Positions 26,147-40,319 of a DNA stretch of 64,000 nucleotides are shown one piece after another. Source of the stretch: Octopus vulgaris (taxonomy: Eukaryota); contig OX597816.1 of the NCBI GenBank assembly GCA_951406725.2, positions 173,290,001-173,354,000 on the forward strand, in the 5' to 3' direction. Positions within the stretch are counted from its first letter, which is position 1; each line of letters opens with the position of its first letter. Position numbers and translations under genes: made by a program. The notes under the pieces were generated by a model. The model saw only the letters and a program-made list of their open reading frames with translations. It was not told the origin of the DNA and did not search any database.

Positions 26147-26666
26147 CTTCAAAAGAATAGGAGATTGAAATTACCTGTTGTAGACAATAAAATTTAAGTG
26201 GAATTTCATACTAGAAATGCTTAAAGGATACTTTTGATGTATTTTCTCAAGAAAGTGAATTGAGGAAATATCAAAATGATGGAATAGACAAGAGACATGA
26301 TACAATGGTGCTTGTTGAATATGGTGTTGCAAAAGTGGATGTGTTAAGGGTGGTGGAAGGTTTGATCAAAGTAAGAGGAGTTTAATATGAAGCAACAATA
26401 ATAGCAATACAGTTGCTACCATCATGAGTTTTAATATTATCATTATAGATGAAAGACTTAGACCCTGAATCCACAATTATAGTCACCATTTGATATGAGT
26501 TCTGAGGTAAATAAGATAGATCTCTAAAGAAACCATGTTCAAACTGGTCAGATTCATCATCTCAAATGGGCTTTATGATGTCATTCTGAACATAACCAAT
26601 CATAATCATTGAAATCTTAAGGCTGTGAGACAATGCAGAATTAATTCAAAACCTCCTCAAATCCCA

Positions 26667-27080
26667 TCTTTTATCTTTTAGTTGTTTCAGTCATCAGACT
26701 GCGGCCATGCTGGAGTGCTGGCTTGAAGAGTTTTTAGTTAAATGAATCAACCACAGTACTCTTTTTTTTAAAGCCTGGTACTTGTTCTATTGATCTCTTT
26801 TGCCAAACCACTAAGTTATGGGGATGTAAATACACCAACACTGGATGTCAGGCAATAGTGGGGGACAAACAGTCACACATACACACACACACACACATAC
26901 ACACACACATGTATATACAACAGGCTTCTTTCAGTTTCCATCAACCAAATTCACTCACAAGGCTTTGGTTGGCCCAAGGCTATAGTAGTAGACACTTGCC
27001 AAGGTGCCATGCAGTGGAACTGAACCCAGAACCATGTGTTTGGGTAGTAAGCTTCTTACCACACAGCTACACCTGTGCCT
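26667..27080 (-). mobile_element. SINE family A, older diverged copy
   Basis: Aligns to family A with many substitutions. Confidence 0.8.
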
Positions 27081-27439
27081 ACAACTTCAAAAAAAAATCA
27101 TAGTTTGAATGCCTTTAATTATAGGTTTGCTGAGTCAAGGCTGATTTGGGATTAAACAAGAGAAAATATGCAACCTGATTCTAGAAATTTGACATTATGA
27201 GATGTACCAAGACCTCTTAATTTTGAACATAGTAAAGGTAGATGGAAATTGTGCTATTGACAAATCTGGTACTGAGAGAATAAGATATAAAAAGAATGGA
27301 ATGTGTTGCTATTGATAAACTTGTACTGTAAACATGAGTTGTAATGAGGAAACTCATATTTAGAACATCTATACCTGTCAGAGGATATCTTCTTGCTAGG
27401 AGGAAGGAGGTGATGGAATGAATACTACACTAACTATAC

Positions 27440-27826
27440 TGTGTGGTAAGTAGCTTGTTTACCAACCACATGGTTCCGGGTTCAGTCCCACTGCGTGGCA
27501 CCTTGGGCAAGTGTCTTCTACTATAGCTTCGGGCCGACCAAAGCCTTGTGAGTGGATTTGGTAGGCGGAAACTGAAAGAAGCCCGTCGTATGTATGTATA
27601 TATATATATATATATACGTGTGTGTGTTTGTGTGTCTGCGTTTGTCTCCTTAGCATTGCTTAACAACCGATGCTGGTGTGTTTATGTCCGTTCGGCAAAC
27701 GAGACCGATAGAATAAGTACTGGGCTTACAAAAGAATAAGTCCCGGGGTCGAGTTGCTCGATTAAAGGCGGTGCTCCAGCATGGCCACAGTCAAATGACT
27801 GAAACAAGTAAAAGAGTAAAAGAGAG
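27440..27826 (+). mobile_element. SINE family A (slightly 5'-truncated)
   Basis: Family A consensus starting at tgtgtggtaagtagc. Confidence 0.85.
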
Positions 27827-27978
27827 TATACTAAAATGAATTGATGGATGAAAGACTTGTGGTCAAAAATAGGTCTTTTTAACATGTACACCAGAACTAA
27901 TACTCATGCACGCATATTTTTAATGATAAAACCCCCAAATGGGAAATACTATTATAAACATCTTTCCATTCATGCATG

Positions 27979-28016
<38 letters not shown>

Positions 28017-28446
28017 CGTATATGTCATTGTCATCATCATCATCATCTAAAGTTTTTTTTTCCATGTTGGCATGGGTTCCCACCGATGCCAACATGACAA
28101 GTTTAACAAGAACAGATGAACCAGAGGGCTCCACTAGGTTCTGTGTCTGCTTAGGCTTGGTTTTTACAGTTGGATGCCTTTTGTAACACCAACCACGTAA
28201 TAGAGTGTACTAGGTGTTTTTCGCATAGTACCAGCACCAGTGAGATCACTAAATACCCACAAGGTAAGACCCCTCAACTGAGCAGAGTATAGACTGAAGG
28301 AATAAGAAACTAAGATAGAGGGAGAAGGGCAGGTATCTTGCTGAAGAGGGAAATACATGGTTTGTCCACCTGGAAATTAAGAGAAAGAGAAAGATGTGAG
28401 GTCCAGGTATAACATGAATATGAGACAGGCTAGGACATATATAACA

Positions 28447-28816
28447 CTTACTCTTTTACTCTTTTACTTGTTTCAGTCATTTGACTGCGGCCATGCTGGA
28501 GCACCACCTTTAGTCGAGCAAATCGACCCCAGGACTTATTCTTTGTCCCCCTAGCATCGGTTGTCAAGCAATGCTAGGGGGACAAACACACACACACACA
28601 CAAACACATACACATATACACATATATATATATATATATATACATATATATACGACAGGCTTCTTTCAGTTTCCGTCTACCAAATCCACTCACAAGGCAT
28701 TGGTCGGCCCGGGGCTATAGCAGAAGACACTTGCCCAAGATGCCACGCAGTGGGACTGAACCTGGAACCATGTGGTTGGTTAGCAAGCGACTTACCACAC
28801 AGCCACTCCTGCGCCT
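28447..28816 (-). mobile_element. SINE family A with internal deletion
   Basis: Both ends intact, central segment missing. Confidence 0.85.
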
Positions 28817-28978
28817 ATACAAAACTTGTATAGAAAACACAAATAGCAATGTTTATGACATTATACCAGTGGGTAGATGATAATGATGATGATGATACAA
28901 TGGCAATGATGGCACCACACCTGGCCTATTTCCCCACACAGAGCCTCCCACACACACACACACATACTCTAGACTTAC

Positions 28979-29106
28979 CTTTGGGAAAACGCCGAGTAGA
29001 AAGTAATATATCAGGTGATGTCACCATTCTCTTTGGTTGTGGTGTTGTTGCACCTGCTGTTCCACACATTGGCCTTGCTGTGGTTGCACGATGTAGTTTC
29101 AGATTT
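28979..29106 (-). CDS. Same gene, 128-nt internal exon
   Basis: Acceptor ttattgtag| and donor AAAG|gtaagt. Phase 2 in, phase 1 out. Open frame NLKLHRATTARPMCGTAGATTPQPKRMVTSPDILLSTRRFPK. Confidence 0.75.
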
Positions 29107-29949
29107 CTACAATAACATATTTACTAATATTACAATTTTGGAAAAATAAAAATAAAAAAATATAACTTTGATCATCTATTTCATAGATGCTATTATCCTC
29201 ACAATAACCACAACTACATCAGTTCTTTTCATTGTTATCAGAGTTATTTCTTCAATCAGGAGATAAAGAAAATGTAGAGTATCCACAATTTCAACCAGTT
29301 GGCAACACAAATCACAAATATGTGATTTGCACTGTCCACTTATATAGGACACCTTATCAGAGATCTACTTACCAGAAGCTGAATGCATCCTTCCTTGTAC
29401 ACACACATGCACACACAAAATAAACCTTTCAGTGACTAGATTAGTGAATTAGTTAAGTGGAACTTGATAGGGCCAATTATCAGCAATGTGTGGTGTGTTG
29501 TTCTGAAGAATGAGATTAGAGCAGAATTGATTGGGTATACCAAAGAAGGAAAGATAAAGGAAAACAAATTAGAAGCAAACAAGTGAGAACATTCGAAGAG
29601 GTTAGTAGGAAAGGTATCATGGCTAATGATGAGAATGGTCTTCAAAAATTTCTTCAATGTGATAGACAAAATTGGGGTTGTCAGAACTAAAGTGTGTTCT
29701 TTTTATACAAGTAAAAATGAAAGCTTTTATTATCCAAGCCCTGTAAATGGGTTCAATTAACAAAGGCAACAAAGGCTCCATTAGGTCTTTGGCAAACCAA
29801 GATGAATACAAACTCAAGTATAGACAGATGTGTGTAGATTTCCAGTAACTCTTTACTTAAATGTTCAGAGCAACCACTGGTAGCTATGGACAAGTAATGA
29901 ACTTTAGTACTTATCTCAATGGCCTGTCACAGTTCTTGACAGAAGACAT

Positions 29950-30420
29950 AAGGTACTATAGAAAGCCAATAACAACAGCTGGGATATGGTTGGTGATAAG
30001 TGATTGTAAGAGGAGCAAATTGCTGATCCCCTAGCTTGGATGGGTCTGCTCATTGAACTTTATATATACATGCAAGAGATGTTTGCTGAGGTCTTAGTGG
30101 ACATCTACATCAACTGGCTATTTCCAGTTTTGTTAGCCAAGGACTGATAGCACAAGTGAGGAAGGATGTAAACAAAAGAAGCATCAATAATTTCCAGTCG
30201 ATAACTCTGCTGAATACAAAATTTAAGACTTTGGCCTAGGAACTAGCAAAGTGGGTGGTGCTTATTGCCAGTACTGGGGTCAGGGAATGCACAGTCCTGA
30301 GTGAGCCCAGCAAGGCCTATCCATGACAATCTCCACCTCATCTGATACAATGTAATACAGAATGGATAACAAACCTGACTTTGACAGAACTTATCAAATT
30401 GCATCTATAAATAGCTTTCA
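29950..30420 (+). mobile_element. Highly decayed L1/Tx1-like LINE relic
   Basis: Translates to NFQSITLLNTKFKTLA and an SPGLDGL-like motif, typical of the region before the RT. Confidence 0.45.
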
Positions 30421-30814
30421 ATATGGGTGGCCTTATGCCAGGTTTTGAAAGGGTAAAATATGATAAAGGCTTAAAGCCACCCACCTCCACTTTCCCCTTC
30501 CAAATATTTCTTCATAGTTGTGGGAGCTTTTTCCCTTTCCTTTTCCTCTATTCTATTCTGTTTTGCAAATTACATAGCAACCTCACTAGTGCCAGTGCCA
30601 CATAAAAGCACCCATTACACTCTATAAAGTGGTTGGCATTAGGAAGGGCATTCAACGGTAGAAACCATGCCAAAGATGACCCTGGAGCTTGGCACAGCCC
30701 TGCAGTTAACCAGTACCCTTTCAAACCATCCAACCTCTACCAGCATGGAAATTGGACATTAAATGATGATGATGATGATGATGATGGTGGTGGTGATGAT
30801 GGTGGTGGTGGTGG

Positions 30815-30852
<38 letters not shown>

Positions 30853-33571
30853 GTGATGGTGGTGGTGGTGGTGATGATGATGATGATGATGATAACTATG
30901 CTATCTGTTTCCATATAAAACTTTTTTCAATTCAACATATAATTTTCGCCTTTTTACTGCCCAATCTGTTAACTTCATTTTCTTTCCAAGCAACACACAC
31001 TCACTCTTTCTCTCCCTCTCTCTCACTCTCTCTGCTGCTCTCTTCTGACTTCATTCAATTGCATGATTATATAGGTTATTAATACTAAAATGTACAAATA
31101 TATTCGTTGATGAAAAGTAATGCAGAGGAAATAAGTTATACAATCACATGAATTCAAAACTACAGTAAGTCTTTCAATGTGATTTGTGCCGATCACTTAA
31201 AGAGGAAGGAAGTTGTGGAAAGGGAGACCTAGTAAGACATGAGATGGTTTCAAAATGCTGATCCTTGTGAAGGAGATGATAGAAGACTGAGATATGTGGT
31301 GCATTGCAATACTCAAGAAGACCTGCCCATCACAACAGAACTGAGATCCTAAAGTCAAGGTGCCACATAAAAATCATTGGTATTTATACTGGTGCCATGT
31401 AAAAAGCACCCAGTTCACTCTGTAGAGTGGTTGGTGTTAGGAAATTAGGTTAAACATGTTAGGAAAATTACTCAAATTGGCAATCAAATGTGGAAATATC
31501 ATTGACAGAGCCTCAGCCAGCTTTAAGTGAAGGACAAGGCAGGAAACCTGGCATAGGGAATGTTGTTAGCTCTCTACCAGTCAGACTTGTAGCTGGTAGA
31601 ACTTCCACATTAGATTTCTATAGAGAACTTATAGTAAGGATTGATGATGATATTCTAGAAGAAACTCTGGATATCAATGACATCCAACTGGTTGGTCTGT
31701 TCTGGAGGGATTCTAGCTGAAAGATTATGGATAATTACCAGAAATTTTAAGCCTATCAGTATTATCTGTTAGTTAGGCAGAGATGCATGCAAAACAATTA
31801 AACCATTTTATGTGCTTTTGTTCAGTACCTGAACCTTACTAATTTGTGGAGTTTTAATGAATAGCTATCATCATTATAGCTTCTCGGAGAAGAAGGTAAG
31901 AGTGATGAGGGAGATACAGATCTCCAGGAAATTAAAACCTCCCAATGTTTAAAAACCATGTGCTATTCTATCATACCATTTCTGTCTTTCCCCACCTCAC
32001 TATTTCTTCCTTTCTGCCTCTCTTCTTCTCTATGTCTTTTTCCTTCTTCCCCTCTTTTCTTCATTTGTAAGTTTTTTTGTTTTTGTTTTTGTTTTTTTTT
32101 TGTTTTTTGCCTAAATCCACACTTTATCTATAACTAGGTAACTTAATATTATTATTGATAATCTAATAATCAGTTATTTCTTGAAAGCATTCTATATTTT
32201 TCTCTTTAGAAAATCCATATTATCTTAAATTTTCTCTTCCTAAATTTTAAAATCATTTATCTTTGATGTGCTCATCCCTCTCATAATGCACTCACCTTGG
32301 TAACTAGCACCATGGTGTCAGCTTCTCTATGAGGTTGCCCTTGTAGAATCCTTATTTCTATGGATCCCCTATTTCCACACTTCCTCTTAATTCCATGCTT
32401 ACATAAACTTTCTTGTCCTTTAACATACACAAGGTTACTAAAACAAGGAACCACCATGTCAATAATAATTTGTTGTAATTGTGACTGGGAGAACAATGGC
32501 AAATCAATAAAATATACAGACAGGTTAGCTATGTGTGAGAACCTTCTGACTGTCATGAAATAGTAAATCACACAAACATTTTTTCCTTTCAGATGCAGTA
32601 GTCAGACACCAACCCACCATAACTGGAAACCCTCTTCATCTTATCAGTTCCAAAACTTCAGGGCTGCTGCCATCAACATCAGCAATGTGAAATGTAATCA
32701 GGAGAGACTGTGAAGATGCTAGGGTGGAGGTGACTGGATTTATACTGTGGACAGAAAGTAAACAGGGGAGGGGCCCCAGCCAGACTTCTCAAGAGCAAGG
32801 AACAAAAATACAGTATATTGTTTATTAAAAAAATGAATAAAATAATTGAGATAGAGTATGTGATAGTTAACTGAGGTACTTGCTTAGTACCAAGTAAACT
32901 CAACTACTGACAGATAAAATTGTTTTATTTAATAACTCCAGTGACAGGACACAAATTGCCAATCTTTCAGCTATTTCTCCAATGAACTATGAAGTTAGAG
33001 AGTTTAACTCCTCATGGCATCTGAACTTATCAAACTCTTTGAAAACTCTCCTAGGGTTTTATTACCGATAAGACAAACCGTCACAAGTTTCTTCACATTT
33101 TATCTTATATCATATTGTCAATGATCCAAAAGAAATCATTACGAGTAAAGAAACTGTGTTGTCTAATGATAAAGAAATGTGTGAAACAGGAAATCAATAA
33201 AAGGAGGAGATATCCTGTTCATTATGTGACAGAGGAAAACTGGTTGTTGATTAGTGCTTAAGTCTTTAAGTTGACCAAGTTCTTGATCAGCTTCTAAACC
33301 CTCATTATAAATAGATGGAATTAATGAAGGATGGTGGGATGCTGGCAACTCTCTTCTCTAATTAAGCATTATTTAGCATGCAATTAAGTGGTGATGTCCA
33401 CATGGGGTTATGGACTTAGTGTGTATGTATATGAGAAATTGAGTTATTGAGGTGGCTTCACACAATGTTGGATGGACACACATGAACACACATTCTCATA
33501 CCTACATGCACGCAAAGATAGACAAATGAATACTTGAATATAGGTTTTCATACAAACATACATACATACAT

Positions 33572-33602
<31 letters not shown>

Positions 33603-33647
33603 TACATACTTACATACATACATGTACAAATGCATATATACAATATG

Positions 33648-33696
<49 letters not shown>

Positions 33697-34301
33697 GAAC
33701 ATGTCCAAACACAGGTCTGGCAATTTGTACTAAATCTTCTTATTGTCATTGTTCTTGTAGGTGGTAGAGCTGGTAGTGGTGTAGTGGAGTGTTGTGATGG
33801 TGGTAGTGCTATGGTGTGGTCATGGTGCAGATGATGGTGGCAGAGATAGCAGTGTGATGTGATGATCGTTATTGTTATTTAACTCCAAGTCAACTTTGAT
33901 TAAGCAGACCTATGATCAAAGTTACTCCAGCTATGATCAACCTGCCTTTTTCTTATGTATAAGGAACCTAGACTATATTATCCATCATGGAGGCAGTGAT
34001 GCCAAGTCAAGTGAAATTGTAGTCGTGGCCGATGCCAGCATTGCGTAACTGGTCAATATGCGGTGCTTGTGAATACCTGTTGAAGAGAGTGAAATTGTAG
34101 TCATGGCTGATGCCAGTGCTGTCTGACTGGCACCCATGCCAGTGGCATGTAAAAAGCACTGTTCAAGCGTTGGGCCTCATGGAGGCAGTGACAAGTGACC
34201 AAGACCTTCTTGGTCACTCTATGCCTGTGTTGACCAGTCAAGCCAAGTGAGACTGTAACCATGGCTGGTGGCATGTAAAAAACACTCACTATACTCACTA
34301 T

Positions 34302-34688
34302 AGGCGCAGGAGTGGCTGTGTGGTAAGTAGCTTGCTAACCAACCATATGGTTCCGGGTTCAGTTCCACTGCGTGGCATCTTGGGCAAGTGTCTTCTGCTA
34401 TAGCCCCGGGCCGACCAAAGCCTTGTGAGTGGATTTGGTAGACAGAAACTGAAAGAAGCCTGTCGTATATATGTATATATATGTATGTGTGTGTGTGTTT
34501 GTGTGTCTGTGTTTGTACCCCTAGCATTGCTTGACATCCCCGTCACTTAGCGGTTCAGTGAAAGAGACCGATAAAATAAGTACTGGGCTTACAAAGAATA
34601 AGTCCTGGGGTTGATTTGCTCGACTAAAGGCGGTGCTCCAGTATGGCTGCAGTCAAAATGACTGAAACAAGTAAAAGAGTAAAGAGAG
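34302..34688 (+). mobile_element. SINE family A nested in an RTE 3' remnant (33985-34850)
   Basis: Family A copy that splits the RTE tail sequence. Confidence 0.85.
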
Positions 34689-35872
34689 TTATACTCTTGA
34701 AGGGGTTAGCGTTAGGAAGGGCATCCAACTGTAGAAACCTTACTAAATCAGATCAGAACCTGGTGCAGCCCCCTCAGCTTACCAGTTCTCAGTCAAACCG
34801 TCCAACCCATATCAGCATGGAAAGCAGACATTAAACAATGATGACGATGCTATTTTTTTGTTTAGATAATTGGGTGTGATTTAAGAGAGATTTGGCTGCT
34901 CTTTCTGGTGGTGGTGGTGCTGCTGCTGTTGCTGGTGCTGGTGATGCTGATGATGCTGGTGGTGTAGCACAGCTGCCATCATCATTGTCGTCATTGCCTG
35001 GCAGATTTGTCTTAATCTTCTAACCACTATCATAGCAGACATTGGTATGAAAGTGTTGCTTATAGCAGTATGATGTCAAATGTAGTAGTTTGTTAGTACT
35101 GGTTGGAGATGGGGGGATGTGGTGTTGGGTGTGGTTGTTGTTTAACCATATCCGGCCAAAAGTATTCTGCCTGTTTTATGTTCAAACTGGCCAGATCTGG
35201 TCTCTCACACCAACCCTACAATATCGTTTTAAAAATTAACAGTTACCTCATCAAACTCTCAAAGCTACAAGATAATGCATGATTCATTCAAAACAAGGTG
35301 GATGAAAAAGCATTAATTTTGGTAGAATAATGCGAACACTAAAGGGTTAAACTCAAGTCAGCCATAATTAAACAAACTATGCAATTCCTGTGGTTTTTTA
35401 AGAGTATGTTGGACTATTTATTTAACATATCTTACCATTTTTGTAAGATGTTAGGGTATGATTTGAGGGAGATTTGGCTACTTTATTTCCTAGCAAGTAG
35501 TCTTCTTCACTGGCTGTGGTGATTTGCAATAAAACGGTGTTGCTGGTGCAGAATAGTATAATCTGTGGCAGTGTTTGGCGGTGGTCATGTGTGTTTGTTG
35601 TTATGCACTTCCAATCATTACTGGTCAATCAGATCTATGACATGCAATTAGTTTGGACAAATAGCAGAGCATGATCCACAGATTCAATGTTCCAAATATA
35701 TTGTCTAATTGAGGATCCACACACTATAAACACTGCTTTTCTTCCACTGTCCAGTATGTTTTTTGTATGTCTATTAGTATCGTAATTGTTTAGCTCCAGG
35801 TCAGCCCTGATTAAACAGATTTGTGATCAAAGTTACTCCAATTGTTACTAATCTATCTCGTATAAGAACTAC

Positions 35873-36258
35873 GTGGAGGCGCAATGGCCCAGTGGTCAGG
35901 GCAGCGGACTCGCGGTCATAGGATCGCGGTTTCGATTCCCAGACCGGGCATTGTGAGTGTTTATTGAGCAAAAACACCTAAAGCTCCACGAAGCTCCGGC
36001 AGGGATGGTGGTGATCCCTGCTGTACTCTTTCACCACAACTTTCTCTCACTCTTACTTCCTGTTTCTGTTGTACCTGTATTTCAAAGGGCCGGCCTTGTC
36101 ACACTCTGTGTCACGCTGAATATCCCCGAGAACTACGTTAAGTGTATACGTGTCTGTGGAGTGCTCAGCCACTTACACGTTAATTTCACGAGCAGGCTGT
36201 TCCGTTGATCGGATCAACCGGAACCCTCATCGTCGTAACCGACGGAGTGCTTCCATCC
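35873..36258 (+). mobile_element. SINE family B with 94-bp TSD
   Basis: Full-length copy flanked by direct repeats at 35779-35872 and 36259-36352. Confidence 0.9.
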
Positions 36259-37834
36259 ATCGTAATTGTTTAACTCCAGGTCAGCCCTGATTAAACAGAT
36301 TTGTGATCAAAGTTACTCCAATTGTTACTAATCTATCTCGTATAAGAACTACATTATTTGATGTATTGTTTCTTAATAAGGTAGGGTGTAATTTGAAGGT
36401 TGCTATTTCTTACAGCTCATCCATATAGAGGATCCCTCGTTAATTCATGTTTGTTATTATTGCTGTTGGTCTTGGTGGTGGATTATGCTTAGTGCTTTTG
36501 GCTAGATTTAATGGAACATGCTTAGAATGAAAGATATTCCACCTGTGACTCTACTGACTCTATATCAGTCAATGAGTATCTGGGACTACATTATCCAGTG
36601 TCTTACTTTTCAAGTGTTAGAGGAGTGATTTGAAGGATATTTGGGTGTTACTTCTAGCAGGTTGAGACATCTCAAACAGGCTCCCACATTGGTCTTTTTT
36701 ATGCATGTTGTTGTTTAACCCTAAGTCAGCACTAATTGAACAGACCTATGATCAAAGGTATTCCACCCATAACTATTTCATCCTTAATGTATTGTCTTGG
36801 ACAACATAATCCAATGTGACTTTTCCTTCTTTTAAGATGGCAGGATAGGATTGAAGATATTTGGTAGCTGTTTTTAGCAATCTTCGCAGCCTTCATTGGT
36901 ATTTTTCCTGACAGATGAAGTAGATTTGGTCAGAGTGAAGCAGCTACAATTCCTCTGCCTTTATTACTGATGTTATGTACTGCACCACAATGGTTGGAAA
37001 CTAATCAGGTTAATAATGCTGCTATTTTACATTTCAACTGTCCTCAGAATTATAAAAGAAACATCAGTCAGATATTTCAAGGTTGATTAAACTAACTTCT
37101 CTCCTTCCTCAAAATTTGTGGCCTTCTCCAATATTATAAATCAGTATTATTGATGTCAACCTTCAGGATAGAAGAGAGTAAAAATGTCCAATAATAGAGG
37201 AACAGATGGAATGTCCTACAGTAAAAGGATAGTTATTGCTATTTTTAATATCACCACCACCACTGTTATTACTATTGTTGTTGTTGCTGTTGTTGTTGTT
37301 GTTGTTATTATTGGTTGTCAGTTTGAACAGACATATTTTTTTTATCTTTCTTTCTGTTAGCTCCTAGGTTACAATTGCTTCCAAGTTTTCTATTTCAGAA
37401 TTTGAATGATTCTTGTTTATGCCACGTAAAAAGATTTTACAAGGCAAGTTTTTATATGATAGACTTTTGCCCAAAATACTTTTAATTTTTTTAACATTTT
37501 GGTTCAGCTTCATTTACAATGATGTTGAGCAAGAGAGGTAAATGAAAAACTTATTCTGTCTCTGTGAAGCAGAATAACAAAATTGTTTTGCAAAAATTCT
37601 CTCATGTGGGAAGTTTTACTTTTTCAGAAAACCAAAATATGGTTTTCAAATCTTCTGAGAACTTTTTTTAGACATAACATGAACAACACCAACAATCTTA
37701 ATACACACATACAAAAATAAATGTCATTGTCCATACACAGGATTTGTATTGCTAAGGCTGCCTCCATCATTGAAATAGTAAATATGAACAATGGCCAGTC
37801 CAAAACAGACCAGTTGCAATGCTGTATTGAAAAT

Positions 37835-38163
37835 CATCATCATCATTGTTCAATCATGGTCGAGACAATGGAATTTACCATGCTACGCCAGACTTCACGG
37901 TCCATCATGGCATTACGGAGGTCCTGTTGCTGGATGCCTGTATCCCTGGAGATTACATCAGGGTAGGAGAGTGTGCGCTCTCTGGTATTGCGAGTAGATG
38001 GCTTCCAGAGGAGAAGAGTAGAAATTACCTCTTTTTCAGCTCTACAACAATGTCCAGCAAACTGGACTCTCTTACCTGTCACAAGAGATGACACAGGTGG
38101 TAGTTTCCCATATATTTGCATTTTGGTTGGATGGCGCTTCCACGAGAGATTTTGAGCTCCCAC
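37835..38163 (-). mobile_element. Non-LTR retrotransposon 3' end (second family)
   Basis: ORF with RVQFAGHCCR...LLLWKP...MMDREVWR followed by a (GAT)n tail. Confidence 0.7.
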
Positions 38164-39629
38164 AAAATAATTGTATCTCCCTACTTGAAATCAGGCAAGA
38201 AGAAAACTGGGAGAGGGTGCTTTTTTAATACCTTCAAAAGAGCAATCAAAAGAAACACCAGTTGATGTCTGGGTCACTTTATAACATTTTAGAGAAAGGA
38301 AAAGCTTATGATATTGTCTGTCTGATATTCAAGAATGAAAACAAAGCCTGAAGACAGCTGAATTTGTGCACAAAACACATAAGCTCATGCCTCAGTTGAT
38401 GGAGCAGCACAGTTCAAAGGTAACAGTTCAAAGACATAGCAAATGATATTACTCCTTGGCTCATTGTTGCTTTTGTAAAGCATGATTAGTAAGAAATGGT
38501 ATGTGGTTAGAAAGAATCAGCATAGATTTGCAAATCCTTACAACCCCACAAGGCCATTCCAATGGTATGGCCTGTTAAGGGTGCAGAATATAAAAAAAAA
38601 ATACAACTGGCAATAGACATAGCAGAAAGCTCGGTTGTTAGATTTGTAGCAGCAAATCCTCCTTGAAGGTTTTCTACCAAAAAGAAAGGATTAACAGAAA
38701 GAAGGTTGAGCAATGTTAGGAAGATGCTGTTCCAGTAGCACCCCAGGTTGTACCAACATTTACTGCTACAAGGAGAGTTGAAAAATCTACTTTATTCTCT
38801 ATCTCAGAAGTTTAGGGAAGACAGAAGCCACATTGCGCTTAATCTCAGAATAGACAATGGTAAAGCCCCACTTTTTAACTGCACCACCCCATTCATTTGC
38901 CAAGGTGGGTATCAAATGTAAGCCCAAAGTGGAATGGAAGATAAGAGGACAGAAACAGAAAAGGAAAAAGGAACAAAAACAAAAAAGACAATAGCCTTCA
39001 GAGAAAGCTTCTAGGAAACTGGAAGGTAAACCTGAACTCTGGAAGTGATACAGTTTCACAATTAGGAGAAATAACAAGGGATAGCTTGAGTTGTTTTATG
39101 AGCTGGGGACAATTCAGCCAAACTCTATGATGATAGAGCAGCAGAAGTTAATGCAGTAAGAACTGAAATATGGAGAAGCTCAAATGTTGGTGAAGACTGC
39201 AAGAAAGATTTATGAACAAGTAAAATATTTCTGCTCAGAAGATATAGGTCCTTTCATAAATGAACCAAGAAATGCTGAAAGGTATTTTCAGAGATCCCTG
39301 GAAAAGTATAAAATGTTTGGTTGAGTGAGTGAAAACATAGGGTGTTCTGACTCAACCTAACAACTGGGTTCCGACCCATGAATAGATGGGTAACCCTAAA
39401 TGTTTTTAGATCATTATTACAATTATATCTTGATTTAATTATTGTATATTTTATATTTATTCTGTTTTATTAAATTTTTAATCTATCTATTGTTTAACAT
39501 CTTTCTCCTTCCAACATTTTTATATATCCAGCCCTACACATATTGTAAATCCCATAATTGTTTAATGCTCATCAAATTTTATGTATTTCTTTTAGCCCTT
39601 GCAACTAATAAAAAAGGGTTGTTGCTATT

Positions 39630-39825
39630 AAGGCAGTGAGCTGGCAAAATTTTTAGCATTCTGGGCAGAATGCTTAGTGACATTTTGTCCATCTTTATGC
39701 TCTGAGTTCAAATTCTGTCTCGGTGGACTTTGCTTTTCACCGTTTCATGATCAATAAAATAAGTACCAGTAGATCACCAGGGTCAATGTAATCAACTTAC
39801 CTCCTCCTCTGAAATTACTGGCCTT
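39630..39825 (+). mobile_element. Old SINE remnant (related copies at ~51790-52000 and 53620-53810 on minus)
   Basis: Shared ctgagttcaaat...aaataagtaccagt motifs among the three places. Confidence 0.45.
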
Positions 39826-40319
39826 ATTATTATTATTATTATTACTGAAGTTTTCCTTTTAAGTTCCAAATATACTGATGTCAACTTTCCCTTCCATAAT
39901 TCAAGCACTAAGATAAGAACCAGTCATGTATTGGATAAATTCCAATGATTATGTCCTTCCTCTGGAGAATGTTGGCCTTTTCCCATTATAAGAAGTTATT
40001 ATTAGTTGATTTTTATCAATGTTTTCTTTCTGGTTTCAAATTCCACCAGAATCAACTTTAACTCTTATCCACCCAGGTGGATAAACCAGGTTCCAAATAA
40101 CTATACACTCTGCCTCCTCCTAACTTATCACTTCCCCTCTTCCCCTTTAGACTAACCAACTACACCTCTTCATCCTCTTTTAAACCAATTGACAATACCA
40201 CTTCTTCTACATCAACCAGCTATACCTATTCCTTCATCTCCTCCTCTAAACTTATCAACTACACATCTTCCCCCTCTGGACTTAATCAAATATATCTCCT
40301 TCTTCAACCCAATTAACTA

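Noticed and set aside
26147-26174. Upstream acceptor caacag|GTAATT for the 26-kb exon
   Set aside because: Gives an in-frame TGA when joined to the phase-1 donor at 28979.
38190-39420. Purine-rich decayed coding-like tract
   Set aside because: Multiple stops and no diagnostic motif I can assign to a family.
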